Origin: a bacterium
GTDB lineage: Bacteria > Bacteroidota > Bacteroidia > Bacteroidales > FEN-979
Direction of reading: 5' to 3'
Assembly: GCA_037141055.1 (NCBI GenBank)
Contig: JBAXDH010000001.1
Span: forward strand, 9,301 to 73,300
Length of the DNA: 64,000 nucleotides
Part shown: positions 33,888 through 44,143 of the stretch, one piece after another
How positions within the stretch are numbered: position 1 is the stretch's first letter
How the letters are laid out: every line of letters starts with the position of its first letter
Notes under the pieces: model-generated
Database searches by the model: none
Told to the model about the DNA's origin: nothing
What the model saw: the letters and a program-made list of their open reading frames with translations, nothing else
Program-made: the position numbers and the translations under genes

Positions 33888-34466
33888 TCACTTTCCCACA
33901 TTCCCCGGGCTGATCGCCTGTACCAGCCTCAGTGTATACGAAAGCGATTTCCTCACATCAGGCGAATTCATCTGCTTCAGGAGGCCAAACAACGATTTGT
34001 TGTCCAGTTTATCGTCCATTTTTATTTCTGCGAAAGCCTTCGAAACCCGGCCCAGTGCTTCGATCACATCCGGTTGCGTCAGGTTCCTGACAATGTCGAA
34101 ATATCCCTTCTGATCGAACTCGTTCATTTTATTCACGGCATCAAGCCCGACCTGGTGCAGGATCGGCGATACATCCTTCATGAAATCCTTTGCGCTTTCG
34201 AGCATTTCGAGCATTTCATAAAACGTATCGATGTTCTGGAGTATCTTGATCAGCAGCATCGGAATTCCGTTGTGATCGAATTCCACCTGCGATTTGTCAA
34301 GCATGACAACCGTATGCCGGAATGCATCTTTTGCCACGATGCTCAGATCGGATACCAGGTCGTCTAATTCTTCACGGTTCCTCTTTTGCAGCTCAATGCT
34401 TTCGAGGATCATGTCCATTTTGTGATTGAGTTCACTGATCTGTTCCTGGATGTTATTTTCTGACAT
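33888..34466 (-). CDS. DUF1641-like protein (usual partner of SQR-type flavoproteins)
   Basis: 192 aa, helical. The C-terminal block LFGLLKQMNSPDVRKSLSYTLRLVQAI resembles DUF1641. There is an 11-nt gap after the flavoprotein gene. Confidence 0.6.
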   Translation of the reverse strand: MSENNIQEQISELNHKMDMILESIELQKRNREELDDLVSDLSIVAKDAFRHTVVMLDKSQVEFDHNGIPMLLIKILQNIDTFYEMLEMLESAKDFMKDVSPILHQVGLDAVNKMNEFDQKGYFDIVRNLTQPDVIEALGRVSKAFAEIKMDDKLDNKSLFGLLKQMNSPDVRKSLSYTLRLVQAISPGNVGK

Positions 34467-34477
34467 AGCTTTATGGA

Positions 34478-35707
34478 TTACATTTTTTTACCGGCCATCG
34501 TCATTTTTGAATCGATCGGCATCTCTTTGCCTTTCAGCAGGATGTGCCAGTATATCCAGCGGAACATGAGCTTTCCGTAATGGTTCATCCGTGTCTCCTT
34601 CAGCAGTCCGAAGGGGCCGATCCCAGGAAACGGGAATGACCCGGGCAATGGCTCGGTGTCGTAGTTGAAATCAATCAGGGCGCCCTTGCCAAAGCCTGTT
34701 TCGATGTAGCAGTTGGAGTGGCCGTCAAAAGATTCGGTTAGCGCACGGTTTTCAATGGCACACATCAGGTTTTCGGTGAGGACATCGGCCTGGAAATGAA
34801 CTACGGATCCCGCTTTGGATGTGGGGAAATTACCAGCATCACCGATGACAAATATGTTTGGAAAAAAATCGGACCGCAGGGTGTGTTTATGAGCCTTTGC
34901 AAAATCCATTTCATCGCCCAGTCCGCTCAGGCCGATCATCGGATCTCCCTTGTGAACAGGGACGGATACCAGGCAGTCGAAGGGAATTTCCCGTTCATCG
35001 TATGATACCAGCATCTTCCTCTCGTTGTCAACTTTTTCAAGGTAAAAGTCCGGGATAATATTGATGTTTTTTTCTTCAAGCAGGGCTCCGAGAACCTTCG
35101 ACGCCCGTGGTTTGGTGAATGCTCCTGACATCGGTGTCACGTATGATATGTTAACCTTGTTGCGGATGCCACGCTCTACAAAAAATGCATCGGCAAACAT
35201 CACGAATTCGAGCGGTGCAACCGGGCATTTGATAGGCATGTCGGCAATGTTCAGAACCAATTCCCCGCCTGGCCAGGTTTTGAAAAATTCCGACAGGGCA
35301 GTGGCGCCTTCCACTGTGTAGAAATCAAAAATATTTTTATGCCAGAGCGGACCTTTCAGGCCGGGAGTCTCTTCCGGAACAACCCTGGTGCCCGTGGCAA
35401 CTATCAGGAAATCATATTTCAGGGAGATGCCGTCCTTTAATATAACATGGTTGCTGCTGCCGTCGATGCGTTCAATCTCCTGGAAAATTACATTCACTCC
35501 CATCGGAATAAAGCTCATTTTCGGCTTGACAACGTCCTGCCGGGTGTACATCCCGAACGGGATGAATAAAAACCCCGGTTGATAGTAATGTGTTTTGTGC
35601 TGATCAACGATGGTGATTTCCCATTCGTCGCGTGCCAGCAGTTTTCTCATTTTGTTGGACATGATCGTGCCTCCCGTGCCGGCTCCAAGGATTAATAGTC
35701 GTTTCAT
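34478..35707 (-). CDS. NAD(P)/FAD-dependent oxidoreductase, sulfide:quinone-oxidoreductase-like
   Basis: FAD motif LILGAGTGG. It has a mid-protein Cys (PIKCPVAPLE), a C-terminal Cys (GHSNCYIETGFG) and the VIGDAGNFPTSKAG second dinucleotide motif, as in the SQR/FCSD family. Confidence 0.8.
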   Translation of the reverse strand: MKRLLILGAGTGGTIMSNKMRKLLARDEWEITIVDQHKTHYYQPGFLFIPFGMYTRQDVVKPKMSFIPMGVNVIFQEIERIDGSSNHVILKDGISLKYDFLIVATGTRVVPEETPGLKGPLWHKNIFDFYTVEGATALSEFFKTWPGGELVLNIADMPIKCPVAPLEFVMFADAFFVERGIRNKVNISYVTPMSGAFTKPRASKVLGALLEEKNINIIPDFYLEKVDNERKMLVSYDEREIPFDCLVSVPVHKGDPMIGLSGLGDEMDFAKAHKHTLRSDFFPNIFVIGDAGNFPTSKAGSVVHFQADVLTENLMCAIENRALTESFDGHSNCYIETGFGKGALIDFNYDTEPLPGSFPFPGIGPFGLLKETRMNHYGKLMFRWIYWHILLKGKEMPIDSKMTMAGKKM

Positions 35708-35741
35708 GATTTTTCAGATTAATACAACATGATTGTATGCA

Positions 35742-35749
35742 CAAAATTA
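35742..35749 (-). promoter_or_regulatory. candidate -7 box (TAATTTTG) for the SQR-like operon
   Basis: TAnnTTTG match on the minus strand, about 35 nt upstream of the 35707 ATG. Motif match only. Confidence 0.3.
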
Positions 35750-35908
35750 CATATCTGAATGATACGATTTATATCTTTGTTATAAAATTAACACAAAATA
35801 TATTCAGTCTAGATACAAAAATGGGTTTATTTCAGGAGGGTGTGAAACAATTAGCAATCGATTCCCGGAGGAGCAGGAATGACATGTAATAGAAAACGGG
35901 GAAAATTA

Positions 35909-36133
35909 TCAGGATTTCTTTTCAGTCTGGTCGGCAGTAGTAGTTTTCTCGGAAGGTTTTTTCAATTCTTCTTCCATGCCGTCCACTCCGTCTTTGAAAC
36001 TTTTTACCCCTTTTCCCAATCCTTTCATGAGTTCGGGAATTTTTTTCCCGCCAAAAAGAAGAAGTACAACAAGGGCAATGAGCAGGAGCTCAGTTGTGCC
36101 AAGTCCGAAAATTAACAAGATGCTTAGGGTCAT
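35909..36133 (-). CDS. tatA: twin-arginine translocase subunit TatA/E
   Basis: 74 aa. [36 protein letters not shown] is the canonical TatA TM plus amphipathic helix. Confidence 0.85.
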   Translation of the reverse strand: MTLSILLIFGLGTTELLLIALVVLLLFGGKKIPELMKGLGKGVKSFKDGVDGMEEELKKPSEKTTTADQTEKKS

Positions 36134-36177
36134 GATTTCGGTTTTTTAGGGTGCTATGCGCTGCAAAGATACAAATG

Positions 36178-37431
36178 TTAATGCAATTCTGTGACAGGGT
36201 TAAAAAAGAGACAGGAATCACCATAACTAAGGAACCTGAACCCGTTTGACAGGGCATAATCATACGCATCTTTCCAGTTTCCGCCGATCAGCGCCGCGAC
36301 AAGCAGCAGCAGGGTGCTCTGGGGCATGTGAAAGTTCGTGATCAGTCCGGAAAGGAGCCTGTACCGGTATCCCGGCGCAATCATGAGCCGGGTCTCACCC
36401 GAATATTCTTCAAGATGATTCTTCTGGAGAAAATCAAGCAGCGCCTCCAGCGACTGAGCCGTTGTTATGGTGCCGGTCCCATTGGCCTGGTAAGGTTCCC
36501 ATTGCGTGACAAGCGGGAGGCATGCCGGGCCTTCGCGGATCAGCCTGGCCCCGAGCCAGTACAAACTTTCCATGGTCCGGGCGGAGGTGGTTCCGACGGC
36601 GAAAACAGGCCTTCCGGGATTATTCAGCAGGTGTTCAATCACATCCGCACGGACCACTATTTTTTCATGATGCATCACATGACTGCCAATCTGCTCCGCA
36701 ACAACCGGCCGGAATGTTCCCACCCCCACATGCAGCGTGACTTTTTCAACCTCGACCCCTTTCGAAATAAGGCGGGTTAACACGGAATCCGTAAAATGAA
36801 GTCCTGCCGTTGGCGCTGCCACCGAACCGTCATGGTCAGCGTAAATCGTCTGGTATCGCTCATTGTCAAGTAGTTCTGAAGGCCGGTTTATATAGGGTGG
36901 CAAGGGAATGAGCCCCATGATTTCCAGGATTTCCGAAAACCGTTTCCCGGGGGGATTCCACCGAAATGAGATTTCATGACTGCCATCGCCACAATCGCCG
37001 GTATGCTCGGCAAACAACTGGTAAACTTGGCCATGCAGGGTCGATTCAAGCACCAGGGAACCGGACTTCCAGCGTTTCAGGTTTCCGACCAGGCATTTCC
37101 ACTTTGAGGCAGATTGCTGTTGAAAGGCAGCCTGAATCTCACGAACCGGCGCGATCGGTTCCAGGCAAAAAATTTCCACCCGTGAACCGGTTTGCTTCCT
37201 GAAGATCAGCCTCGCCCTGATCACCCGGGTATTGTTGAAAACCAGCAGACTGTTTGCAGGGAGATACGCGTCAATATTTGAAAAAATATCCTGGCTGATC
37301 CGGCCCTGGCTGTATACCAGGAGTTTTGATGCATCGCGCTCTGCCAGCGGGAATTGGGCAATTTTATCCGCAGGCAGCTCATAATCGAAATCTTTGATGG
37401 AAATTGTTTCAGGATTCGGCATCAGGAACAT
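36178..37431 (-). CDS. queA: S-adenosylmethionine:tRNA ribosyltransferase-isomerase
   Basis: DFDYELP...IAQ.PL.ERD.S.LLV, PLPPYI, ERYQT.Y, GSVAAPTAGLHFT, VGTTS.RT.ES, ITNFH.P.S.LL.LV.A and RF.SYGD. The protein carries an internal ~45-aa insertion relative to short QueA proteins. Confidence 0.85.
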   Translation of the reverse strand: MFLMPNPETISIKDFDYELPADKIAQFPLAERDASKLLVYSQGRISQDIFSNIDAYLPANSLLVFNNTRVIRARLIFRKQTGSRVEIFCLEPIAPVREIQAAFQQQSASKWKCLVGNLKRWKSGSLVLESTLHGQVYQLFAEHTGDCGDGSHEISFRWNPPGKRFSEILEIMGLIPLPPYINRPSELLDNERYQTIYADHDGSVAAPTAGLHFTDSVLTRLISKGVEVEKVTLHVGVGTFRPVVAEQIGSHVMHHEKIVVRADVIEHLLNNPGRPVFAVGTTSARTMESLYWLGARLIREGPACLPLVTQWEPYQANGTGTITTAQSLEALLDFLQKNHLEEYSGETRLMIAPGYRYRLLSGLITNFHMPQSTLLLLVAALIGGNWKDAYDYALSNGFRFLSYGDSCLFFNPVTELH

Positions 37432-37465
37432 TTTCCGGCAAAGGTCGGTAAAAATTCAGAGAGGT

Positions 37466-38908
37466 TCAGTGCTTGTCTGAATTGAAGAATGTTGGTTTAT
37501 AGGTCAGCATGACATACGCATACTGTGCCCATTTGCCGGTACCCGGGTTCAATCCGTTCAGCCTTTCCATGGTTGTTGTAGGCAGGAAAAAGCAATAGGC
37601 GGCATTCACCTCAAAATTGTTAAAAGGTTTGTACAAAACCATCAGGTCAACTTCCGATCCGAGATTCCTGTTTACTTCAACATACGGCGTGTCACCGGGT
37701 TTTTTTATGGTGACAGGTAAATAGCCCTGCGCCAGGCCGAACATCCGCCAGGTTGCTTCAACTGAAGCCTTTCCGGTAAGTGCAAGGGTTGCCTTGGCAT
37801 ACAGGTCGGTAAGACCGGCACTGTTCCCGCTGGTTACCTGGGTGCTGAACATATCCATATAACCGTAAAATCCATGGTTGGTTCCGTATAAAGTGGAAAA
37901 GGAGGCCGACCTGGTTTTCAACCCCTCCGTGTCAGAGTAATTGTTGCCGCTCATGTATTCATATCCCGCCAGGATGGTGAGCGGCTTCACTACTTTATAG
38001 GATGCGTATCCCCCGGCAAACCCGGCGCTTATAGTTTTGCCATCGCTAAAATGCCCTGCCTGGTAATATCCTGCTCCGAAAAGTTTAAGATTTTTATATG
38101 TGTACGAAGCTGTTCCGCCGAATGTGAACCTTCCGTACAACTGGGTCGGGTAGGAGGTGGTGGCAGTTGAAACGGTAGTGGTTGGAATGGAGGTGGTGCC
38201 AATCGTATCATGGTTGCTGTTGATCACATAGAAAATCTGGTACGATGTTGAACTGTTTTTTACAGTGCTGTTGGGTTTTTGAAAAACATCCAGGATGGCA
38301 AGTACACTGAAAACCAGGTTATCCTTCAAAAACTTCTTCTGTTCATAAAGGTATCCCATGTACTTGTAATTTTTCAACGGATAGGAGGACAGGAATGCGG
38401 TGGCGGGCGAAGTGTTGTTGATGGCAAAACCAAAATCACCCCGGTAACTTTCACCGGCAGATTCCCATTGCAGCAGTGCCACATCGTGGGTGGCGCCTTT
38501 GGGCCCCCAGTTTGAATTTCCAAACAACCGTGCGTCATCGTAAATTAACTCCATCCGTCCTATTTTAAAGGCAATTCCCTTTGTGAAGTTATACTTGAAC
38601 CAGCCTTCGTAAATGTTGATTGTATTACGGGTAATGGTGTCGGAAGAATAGTTGTTCTCTCCGTAAACATAGGCATGCTGAATGGAAAATTTTGCCTGGA
38701 ACTGTTCATTTTTATAGTCAAAGATCAGCCTGTTCCTGCCGAGGATGTCAAAATATGGAGTCTGGCTCGAATCCCTTAATTTGGAATATCCGTCGCGGTA
38801 TTCGATGCGGGGTCTGAATTCGGCTGAGATGTTGAATTGTGCCACGGCATTCACTGTGAACATGGCCAGCAGGCATCCTGCAAGAACGAGTTTTTTAATG
38901 TTTTTCAT
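37466..38908 (-). CDS. outer-membrane beta-barrel porin (alginate-export-like)
   Basis: It has a signal peptide, an N-terminal FNISAEFRPRIEYRDGY pattern, alternating beta-strand periodicity and a C-terminal aromatic residue. Confidence 0.55.
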   Translation of the reverse strand: MKNIKKLVLAGCLLAMFTVNAVAQFNISAEFRPRIEYRDGYSKLRDSSQTPYFDILGRNRLIFDYKNEQFQAKFSIQHAYVYGENNYSSDTITRNTINIYEGWFKYNFTKGIAFKIGRMELIYDDARLFGNSNWGPKGATHDVALLQWESAGESYRGDFGFAINNTSPATAFLSSYPLKNYKYMGYLYEQKKFLKDNLVFSVLAILDVFQKPNSTVKNSSTSYQIFYVINSNHDTIGTTSIPTTTVSTATTSYPTQLYGRFTFGGTASYTYKNLKLFGAGYYQAGHFSDGKTISAGFAGGYASYKVVKPLTILAGYEYMSGNNYSDTEGLKTRSASFSTLYGTNHGFYGYMDMFSTQVTSGNSAGLTDLYAKATLALTGKASVEATWRMFGLAQGYLPVTIKKPGDTPYVEVNRNLGSEVDLMVLYKPFNNFEVNAAYCFFLPTTTMERLNGLNPGTGKWAQYAYVMLTYKPTFFNSDKH

Positions 38909-39011
38909 CGGAGGGGAAGTTTAAATTTCAGGTGAAACCAGGAAGCAAATTTAGGGAAATCGACGCTGATATTGAAATGAAATCAATGTGTTTTTTTGAT
39001 GAAATATTGGG

Positions 39012-39019
39012 TAAATTTG
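39012..39019 (+). promoter_or_regulatory. candidate -7 box (TAAATTTG) for pssA
   Basis: TAnnTTTG match 17 nt upstream of the 39036 ATG. Motif match only. Confidence 0.3.
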
Positions 39020-39035
39020 TATAAAAATCCGGGAT

Positions 39036-39779
39036 ATGAATATCAGGCAGCACATTCCAAATACCATAACGATTTTCAATCTTCTGAGCGGGGTGATTTC
39101 ACTTACGCTGACTTTCAAAGGGGATTATGTGAATGCATCCCTGTTTATTTTCCTCGCGGCCGTATTTGATTTCCTCGACGGCAATGCTGCACGGATGCTC
39201 AATGCTCATTCCGACCTGGGAAAGCAGCTTGACTCGCTTGCCGATATGGTTTCCTTCGGTGTGGCCCCGGGGGTAATGATTTTCCAGATGATTTCGGTAC
39301 AGTGTGCCGGGAGCTGCAATATCTTCGAACGGATGCACCTGACGCCCTATCTGGCCATGCTGATCCCGGTGTGTTCTGCACTCAGGCTTGCAAAATTCAA
39401 CATCGATCCGAGGCAGGAGGTAAATTTCATCGGATTGCCCACACCGGCGAATGCGATATTTTTTGCATCAATTCCATTGGTGCTGTTTGTCCAGCCAGGC
39501 CTGTTCAGCTTTGTCCATGTTGATTTTCTCGTGACGTTTTTTTCGAACACGAGGGTGCTCACAATCATGGCAGTTTTCTTTTCATATCTCCTGATCTCGG
39601 ATTTTAAGATATTTTCCATGAAGTTTAAAAACATGGGATGGCAGGGAAACGAGCTGCGCTATATCTTGCTGATCATCTCCCTTGTGATGTTCCTGCTTTT
39701 CTTCCTCAGCGCAATCCCCATCATCATCATGGTCTATATACTGATGTCGGTTTTCTTTCAGAATTATATTGTGGAATAA
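39036..39779 (+). CDS. pssA: CDP-diacylglycerol--serine O-phosphatidyltransferase (CDP-alcohol phosphatidyltransferase family)
   Basis: The CDP-OH-P-transferase motif is DFLDGNAARMLNAHSDLGKQLDSLADMVSFGVAP (D.xDGxxAR...G...D...D). The protein is multi-TM. Confidence 0.85.
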   Translation: MNIRQHIPNTITIFNLLSGVISLTLTFKGDYVNASLFIFLAAVFDFLDGNAARMLNAHSDLGKQLDSLADMVSFGVAPGVMIFQMISVQCAGSCNIFERMHLTPYLAMLIPVCSALRLAKFNIDPRQEVNFIGLPTPANAIFFASIPLVLFVQPGLFSFVHVDFLVTFFSNTRVLTIMAVFFSYLLISDFKIFSMKFKNMGWQGNELRYILLIISLVMFLLFFLSAIPIIIMVYILMSVFFQNYIVE

Positions 39780-39796
39780 ACGAAGTTGCGGTTTTC

Positions 39797-40519
39797 CTAG
39801 CGCAACTCGAAATTCTGGCCCAGGTAAACTTTCCTTACATGGGGGTCGTCCGCGAGTTCTTTTCCGGTACCGGCTTTCAGGATGGAGCCTTCGAACAGCA
39901 GGTATGACCGGTCGGTGATCGAGAGGGTTTCATGAACGTTATGGTCGGTGATCAGCACCCCGATGTTTTTCTCCTTCAGTCGGGTGACGATTTGCTGGAT
40001 GTCTTCAACCGCAATCGGATCGATGCCCGCAAAAGGTTCGTCGAGCAATACAAATTTCGGATCTACGGCAAGCGACCTGGCAATTTCACACCTGCGGCGC
40101 TCCCCGCCCGACAGCGTGATGCCCTCGCTTTTCCTGACATGCTGAAGGCCGAACTCGTCCAGCAATTTCTCCAGCCGCTCTTTTTGCTGATCCCTGGAAA
40201 GCCCGGTAAACTCCAGGATCGACCGGATGTTGTCTTCCACGGTGAGTTTCCTGAAAATGGACGCTTCCTGGGGAAGGTAGCTGATGCCGCGCTGCGCCCT
40301 CTTGTACATGGGTTCCCTGGTGATGTTCAGATCGTCGAGGAAAACCTCTCCCGACAACGGTTTGATCAGCCCGACGATGATGTAGAATGAAGTGGTTTTC
40401 CCGGCTCCGTTCGGTCCCAGCAATCCGACGATTTCACCCTGGTTCAGTTCGATTGAAACCTCGTTGACAACAGTGCGTTTCCTGTATTTCTTGACGATTT
40501 TTTCAGTCCGGAGGATCAT
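39797..40519 (-). CDS. lptB: LPS export ABC transporter ATP-binding protein
   Basis: [56 protein letters not shown] and ITDHNV.ETL.I.DR.Y....G. Confidence 0.9.
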   Translation of the reverse strand: MILRTEKIVKKYRKRTVVNEVSIELNQGEIVGLLGPNGAGKTTSFYIIVGLIKPLSGEVFLDDLNITREPMYKRAQRGISYLPQEASIFRKLTVEDNIRSILEFTGLSRDQQKERLEKLLDEFGLQHVRKSEGITLSGGERRRCEIARSLAVDPKFVLLDEPFAGIDPIAVEDIQQIVTRLKEKNIGVLITDHNVHETLSITDRSYLLFEGSILKAGTGKELADDPHVRKVYLGQNFELR

Positions 40520-40566
40520 GCAATGAGTATTAATTGAGTAAAAGGAATTGTTAACCGGCCACAAAA

Positions 40567-43077
40567 TTAGAAAGAAAATAGTAGCGACACGAATATTCCG
40601 AATTTTGAAACATGGCTGCGTGGAATGTCATGAAGATGGCTCATTCGCCAAACCGCGTCGATCTTGATGATCTTGAAAATATTTTCGATCCCGACCCCTG
40701 CCTCATAATAGGGCTTTTGTTCAAATGATCTCATGTTCCCGGGGAAAAGGGAGTACTGTGCATTTTGATCGCTCAGGGTTCCGTAAACAGCCCTGACATG
40801 AGCAACTTCACGCCATTTCAACTTGCGCAAAAGAGGGATTTTGTTGAACAGCAGGCCCCCGAAATGGTGGGTGTATACAGCGCTGATCCACGTGTCGCTG
40901 ACAAATTCATAGTAGTTCATCAGGTTGGACGAACGGTCATCATAGAAGAACGATTGATTCCCGTCATGAATTCTGAGCAGGGGATATGGCACAGTTCCCC
41001 ATATTTTACCCGCCTCAATGATGTATTTTGACCATCCGATGGTGGCAAAGTTAAACCACTGCGAACAATACAGCACCAGTTTCTGATATCCAAAATCACT
41101 TTTAAACGCATTGGGCATCCCGTAGGTATAACTTACCTGCACGATGGGGTACGCCGAGCTGATGGTGACCCGGGTAAATGCAGCGGACACAAAACGTTCG
41201 TGAAAAGAAAATCTTGCATCGATTTGTATTTCAGAAGTGTAGATTGAATTCATAAACTCCGGAACGGCCCTGCTTTCAGGAAATATGACGAATTCGGTCG
41301 ATCCGAGGGGAAAGAGTTCACGGTGAATCAGGTGGATCCTGTTAAGGAAACCGTTAAACCACTCGTGTTCATAGCAAACCTGGTATTCGCGCACCATGGT
41401 GAGCTTGTTGTTGGGGCCGCGGTGAAAGAGGGAGGAAAGGATGTTGTCTGTCGCAAATGCGGTTGGGCTTGATCCAAGTTGCTCGATATCATATTTAAAC
41501 CCGGCAGTAAGGTCGCGGCGGGGATTTTTGCTGAACATATAAATTACGTCTCCGCCGTATTTAAACTTCCTGTCAAAGGTGCCATAGGCAAGATAGCCTT
41601 CAATCTGAATCTTTTTGCTGAACTTGTTGGAGGTGCGGAGTCCGAACCGAAATCGTGCGCCCTCCATGCTGTTGTAGCTGAACAGTTTGGCATACGGGCC
41701 GATTTCAACCTTTCCCCACTTGAGGTACCCGGTAAAGATTGCATAAATAACATCGATATAGGTTCTGAAAACAGGGATCGATTTTACGGAGTCCACCATG
41801 GAGTAAATGCTTTTCTCCCTGGTACTCAGCTTTTCCGGCCTCTTGTCGTCCCAGTATTCCTTCGATTTACCGGTCGACTCAGGGTCAATAAAGATGTTGG
41901 TGGCCCCGTGAAAAAAACGCTTGTCGCCGGGAATATCGAACTGGAAATTTCTGTAAAACGAAGTACGGTGGCCGTAAAACCCCAGTGTTTTTTTTGCATC
42001 GTCAACAATGTTGAAATCGGCATTCAGCACATCCCGGGTAAGCATCCAGAACCGGTTGCCGGTCCATGTGAATTCCTGTTCAGTTTCGAGATCATTGATG
42101 AAGTTGACGTTGGCATCATCGGCAACGCGCATCCGGAATTTTTTTACGGCAAACGAAGTGTCATTGATCCAGAGATTTCCCGCGAAGGTTAATTCCTGTT
42201 TTCTCCGTGGTTTGAACATGATATGGTAACACCAGTTATTCCCGATGAAAGCGCTGTCGACAAGATACACCTTATAATAATCAATGGCAAAATCGGCCAC
42301 GGGGCTTACGAAATTTTTCCCGAAAAGAGGGATGAAGTTCTTGTAAATGTCTACCTGTTCAGACAAATGACCCAGAAACTGGGAGACGCTTGCATTTTCA
42401 AACCCTGAAATCGATGATGCGGTGATAATCTCTTTCTTCGCCTGGGGCGATTTCCGGTAAAAAACGTCCGACATTGTTTCCGTGATCAGCACGGGGAGGA
42501 AAGATTTGCCGGTTAACGTGGATGTGTCCAGGTAATTCCACACGAAGTCAAACTTCTTCAGCATCTTGCGGTTCCTGAAACGTTCACTGATGTTGTTGGC
42601 ATCAATCTGAACTTTGGTGTAGGCTTCGTACTGGTATGTCTCGAATGATTTCAGGCAGTTTTTATCCTTGTTCCGGATGACTTTCTCTAAAAGTACCTCT
42701 GCCGGGTTGCCTTTGTATCTGATGGTTAATTCCGGAAGGTTGAAGTCTTGCGGCAGCAATTCGAAATTGATCGTTTGAAACTGCCCGGGTTGAATTTTTT
42801 TCGTGCTCGCATTATAACCAATGAGGAAAGCCTTGATGGAATCGCTCTTTTGTTTGAATTCCAGGGCAAAATTCCCGTTAAAATCAGTAAGGGTTCCAAC
42901 TGTCGAGCCTGCGATAATGATGTTGACAAACGGGATCGCCTCTTTCGACTGTCCGTCCCTGACCGAACCCATGATTTTTGTGACCTGGGCCGATGAAACG
43001 AACGGTATGAACAGGCAAAAGAAAACAGGGAAGACATAAGCCTTCCAGTTATAATATTCCTTCCCGCAGGATATCAT
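40567..43077 (-). CDS. CarboxypepD_reg-like domain plus DUF5686 outer-membrane protein
   Basis: It has a signal peptide and an N-terminal G.V.D..S.E.IPFVNI...G...GT.TDFNGNF domain, followed by a ~700-aa beta-rich region typical of DUF5686 proteins. Confidence 0.7.
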   Translation of the reverse strand: MISCGKEYYNWKAYVFPVFFCLFIPFVSSAQVTKIMGSVRDGQSKEAIPFVNIIIAGSTVGTLTDFNGNFALEFKQKSDSIKAFLIGYNASTKKIQPGQFQTINFELLPQDFNLPELTIRYKGNPAEVLLEKVIRNKDKNCLKSFETYQYEAYTKVQIDANNISERFRNRKMLKKFDFVWNYLDTSTLTGKSFLPVLITETMSDVFYRKSPQAKKEIITASSISGFENASVSQFLGHLSEQVDIYKNFIPLFGKNFVSPVADFAIDYYKVYLVDSAFIGNNWCYHIMFKPRRKQELTFAGNLWINDTSFAVKKFRMRVADDANVNFINDLETEQEFTWTGNRFWMLTRDVLNADFNIVDDAKKTLGFYGHRTSFYRNFQFDIPGDKRFFHGATNIFIDPESTGKSKEYWDDKRPEKLSTREKSIYSMVDSVKSIPVFRTYIDVIYAIFTGYLKWGKVEIGPYAKLFSYNSMEGARFRFGLRTSNKFSKKIQIEGYLAYGTFDRKFKYGGDVIYMFSKNPRRDLTAGFKYDIEQLGSSPTAFATDNILSSLFHRGPNNKLTMVREYQVCYEHEWFNGFLNRIHLIHRELFPLGSTEFVIFPESRAVPEFMNSIYTSEIQIDARFSFHERFVSAAFTRVTISSAYPIVQVSYTYGMPNAFKSDFGYQKLVLYCSQWFNFATIGWSKYIIEAGKIWGTVPYPLLRIHDGNQSFFYDDRSSNLMNYYEFVSDTWISAVYTHHFGGLLFNKIPLLRKLKWREVAHVRAVYGTLSDQNAQYSLFPGNMRSFEQKPYYEAGVGIENIFKIIKIDAVWRMSHLHDIPRSHVSKFGIFVSLLFSF

Positions 43078-44014
43078 GAAGATGGATTACGCCCAGGTAT
43101 TTTTGTTTGTCCACCACCAGAAGCTGGGTGATGTTGTTTTCGCGCATGATGCTCAGCGCATTTACGGCCAGCGTACCCGAAGCAATGGTGCGCGGGTTTT
43201 TTGTCATGATGTCGGAGGCTTTCAGGATGCTGATATCCTTGTTTTTTTCAAGCATCCGGCGCAGGTCCCCGTCGGTGATGATCCCAAGCAGCGTCCTGCC
43301 TTTCAGGACAGCGGTAGCTCCCAAACGGCTGGAGGATATTTCGATGATCACTTTATGAATGTCGTCATTATGCCTGACCTGCGGTGCCCTGTTCCCCGGG
43401 CAGAGATCGCCTACTTTCAGGTAAAGCTGTCTCCCGATCGCACCGCCCGGATGCAGTTTTGCAAAATCACCGGAGGTGAACCCGCGGGCTTCCAGCAAAC
43501 ATACAGCCAACGCATCACCCATAACCATCTGGGCGGTAGTGCTCGAAGTAGGGGCCAGGTTATTCGGACAGGCTTCTTTCGACACGGTTGCGTTGATTAC
43601 ATGGTCAGCATGCCGGGCAAGGAAAGAATCTTTTTTTCCTGCCATGGCAATCAGGGAACTGCCAAACTCTTTAAGCAGGGGGACAAGGATTTTGATTTCG
43701 GGCGTTTCGCCGCTGTTGGAGATGCAAATCACAACATCGCCTTTCTGGATCATACCCAGGTCGCCATGGATCGCATCGGCAGCATGCAAAAAACTGGCCG
43801 GGGTTCCGGTGGAATTCAGGGTTGCCACAATTTTCTGCCCGATAATGGCACTTTTGCCGATTCCGGTCACAATCACCCGGCCTTTGCATTTAAGGATCAG
43901 ATCAACACAATTTAGAAAATCAACATCCACCGATTTTGTTAATTTTGCGATTGCGGCTGCTTCATCCTTAATTGTATTGATGGCAACGGCTTTTAATGCG
44001 GTACTATTTTTCAA
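43049..44014 (-). CDS. kpsF: arabinose-5-phosphate isomerase (KpsF/GutQ family; SIS plus 2x CBS)
   Basis: GRVIVTGIGKS..I..K...T..STGTP..F.H..DA.HGDLGM, ISNSGET and a C-terminal CBS pair. Confidence 0.9.
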   Translation of the reverse strand: MKNSTALKAVAINTIKDEAAAIAKLTKSVDVDFLNCVDLILKCKGRVIVTGIGKSAIIGQKIVATLNSTGTPASFLHAADAIHGDLGMIQKGDVVICISNSGETPEIKILVPLLKEFGSSLIAMAGKKDSFLARHADHVINATVSKEACPNNLAPTSSTTAQMVMGDALAVCLLEARGFTSGDFAKLHPGGAIGRQLYLKVGDLCPGNRAPQVRHNDDIHKVIIEISSSRLGATAVLKGRTLLGIITDGDLRRMLEKNKDISILKASDIMTKNPRTIASGTLAVNALSIMRENNITQLLVVDKQKYLGVIHLHDILREGIL

Positions 44015-44062
44015 CGCACAATTTTTTTTAAAAAAATTTGTTTAATTCCAAACGTTTATACT

Positions 44063-44070
44063 TACATTTG
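44063..44070 (+). promoter_or_regulatory. candidate -7 box (TACATTTG) for recQ
   Basis: TAnnTTTG match 74 nt upstream of the recQ ATG. Motif match only. Confidence 0.25.
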
Positions 44071-44143
44071 TATATAGGCGCGGTAAAAAGTTACAGATCA
44101 TCCTGCCCAGAACAAAAGTACTAAAATAAATCCAAGTCAAAAA

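Noticed and set aside
36178-37431. QueA is 417 aa, whereas the characterised enzymes I remember are about 340-360 aa, so a gene fusion or frameshift was considered
   Set aside because: Both termini and all conserved blocks are in order and in one frame. The extra length is explained by an internal insertion after the VGTTS.RT.ES block, so it is most likely a lineage-specific insert.
41479-42192. 237-aa plus-strand ORF inside the DUF5686 gene. Similar long antisense ORFs lie at 8128-8826, 13937-14536, 4842-5498, 52292-52822 and 56751-57302.
   Set aside because: All lie wholly within strongly supported genes on the opposite strand and show no recognisable domains. Long antisense frames are expected at this GC content.
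43076-43915. 279-aa plus-strand ORF covering most of the kpsF locus
   Set aside because: It is the antisense shadow of a gene with unmistakable SIS and CBS motifs. Its translation is Arg/Gly/His-rich with no motif, no start context and no signal of its own.
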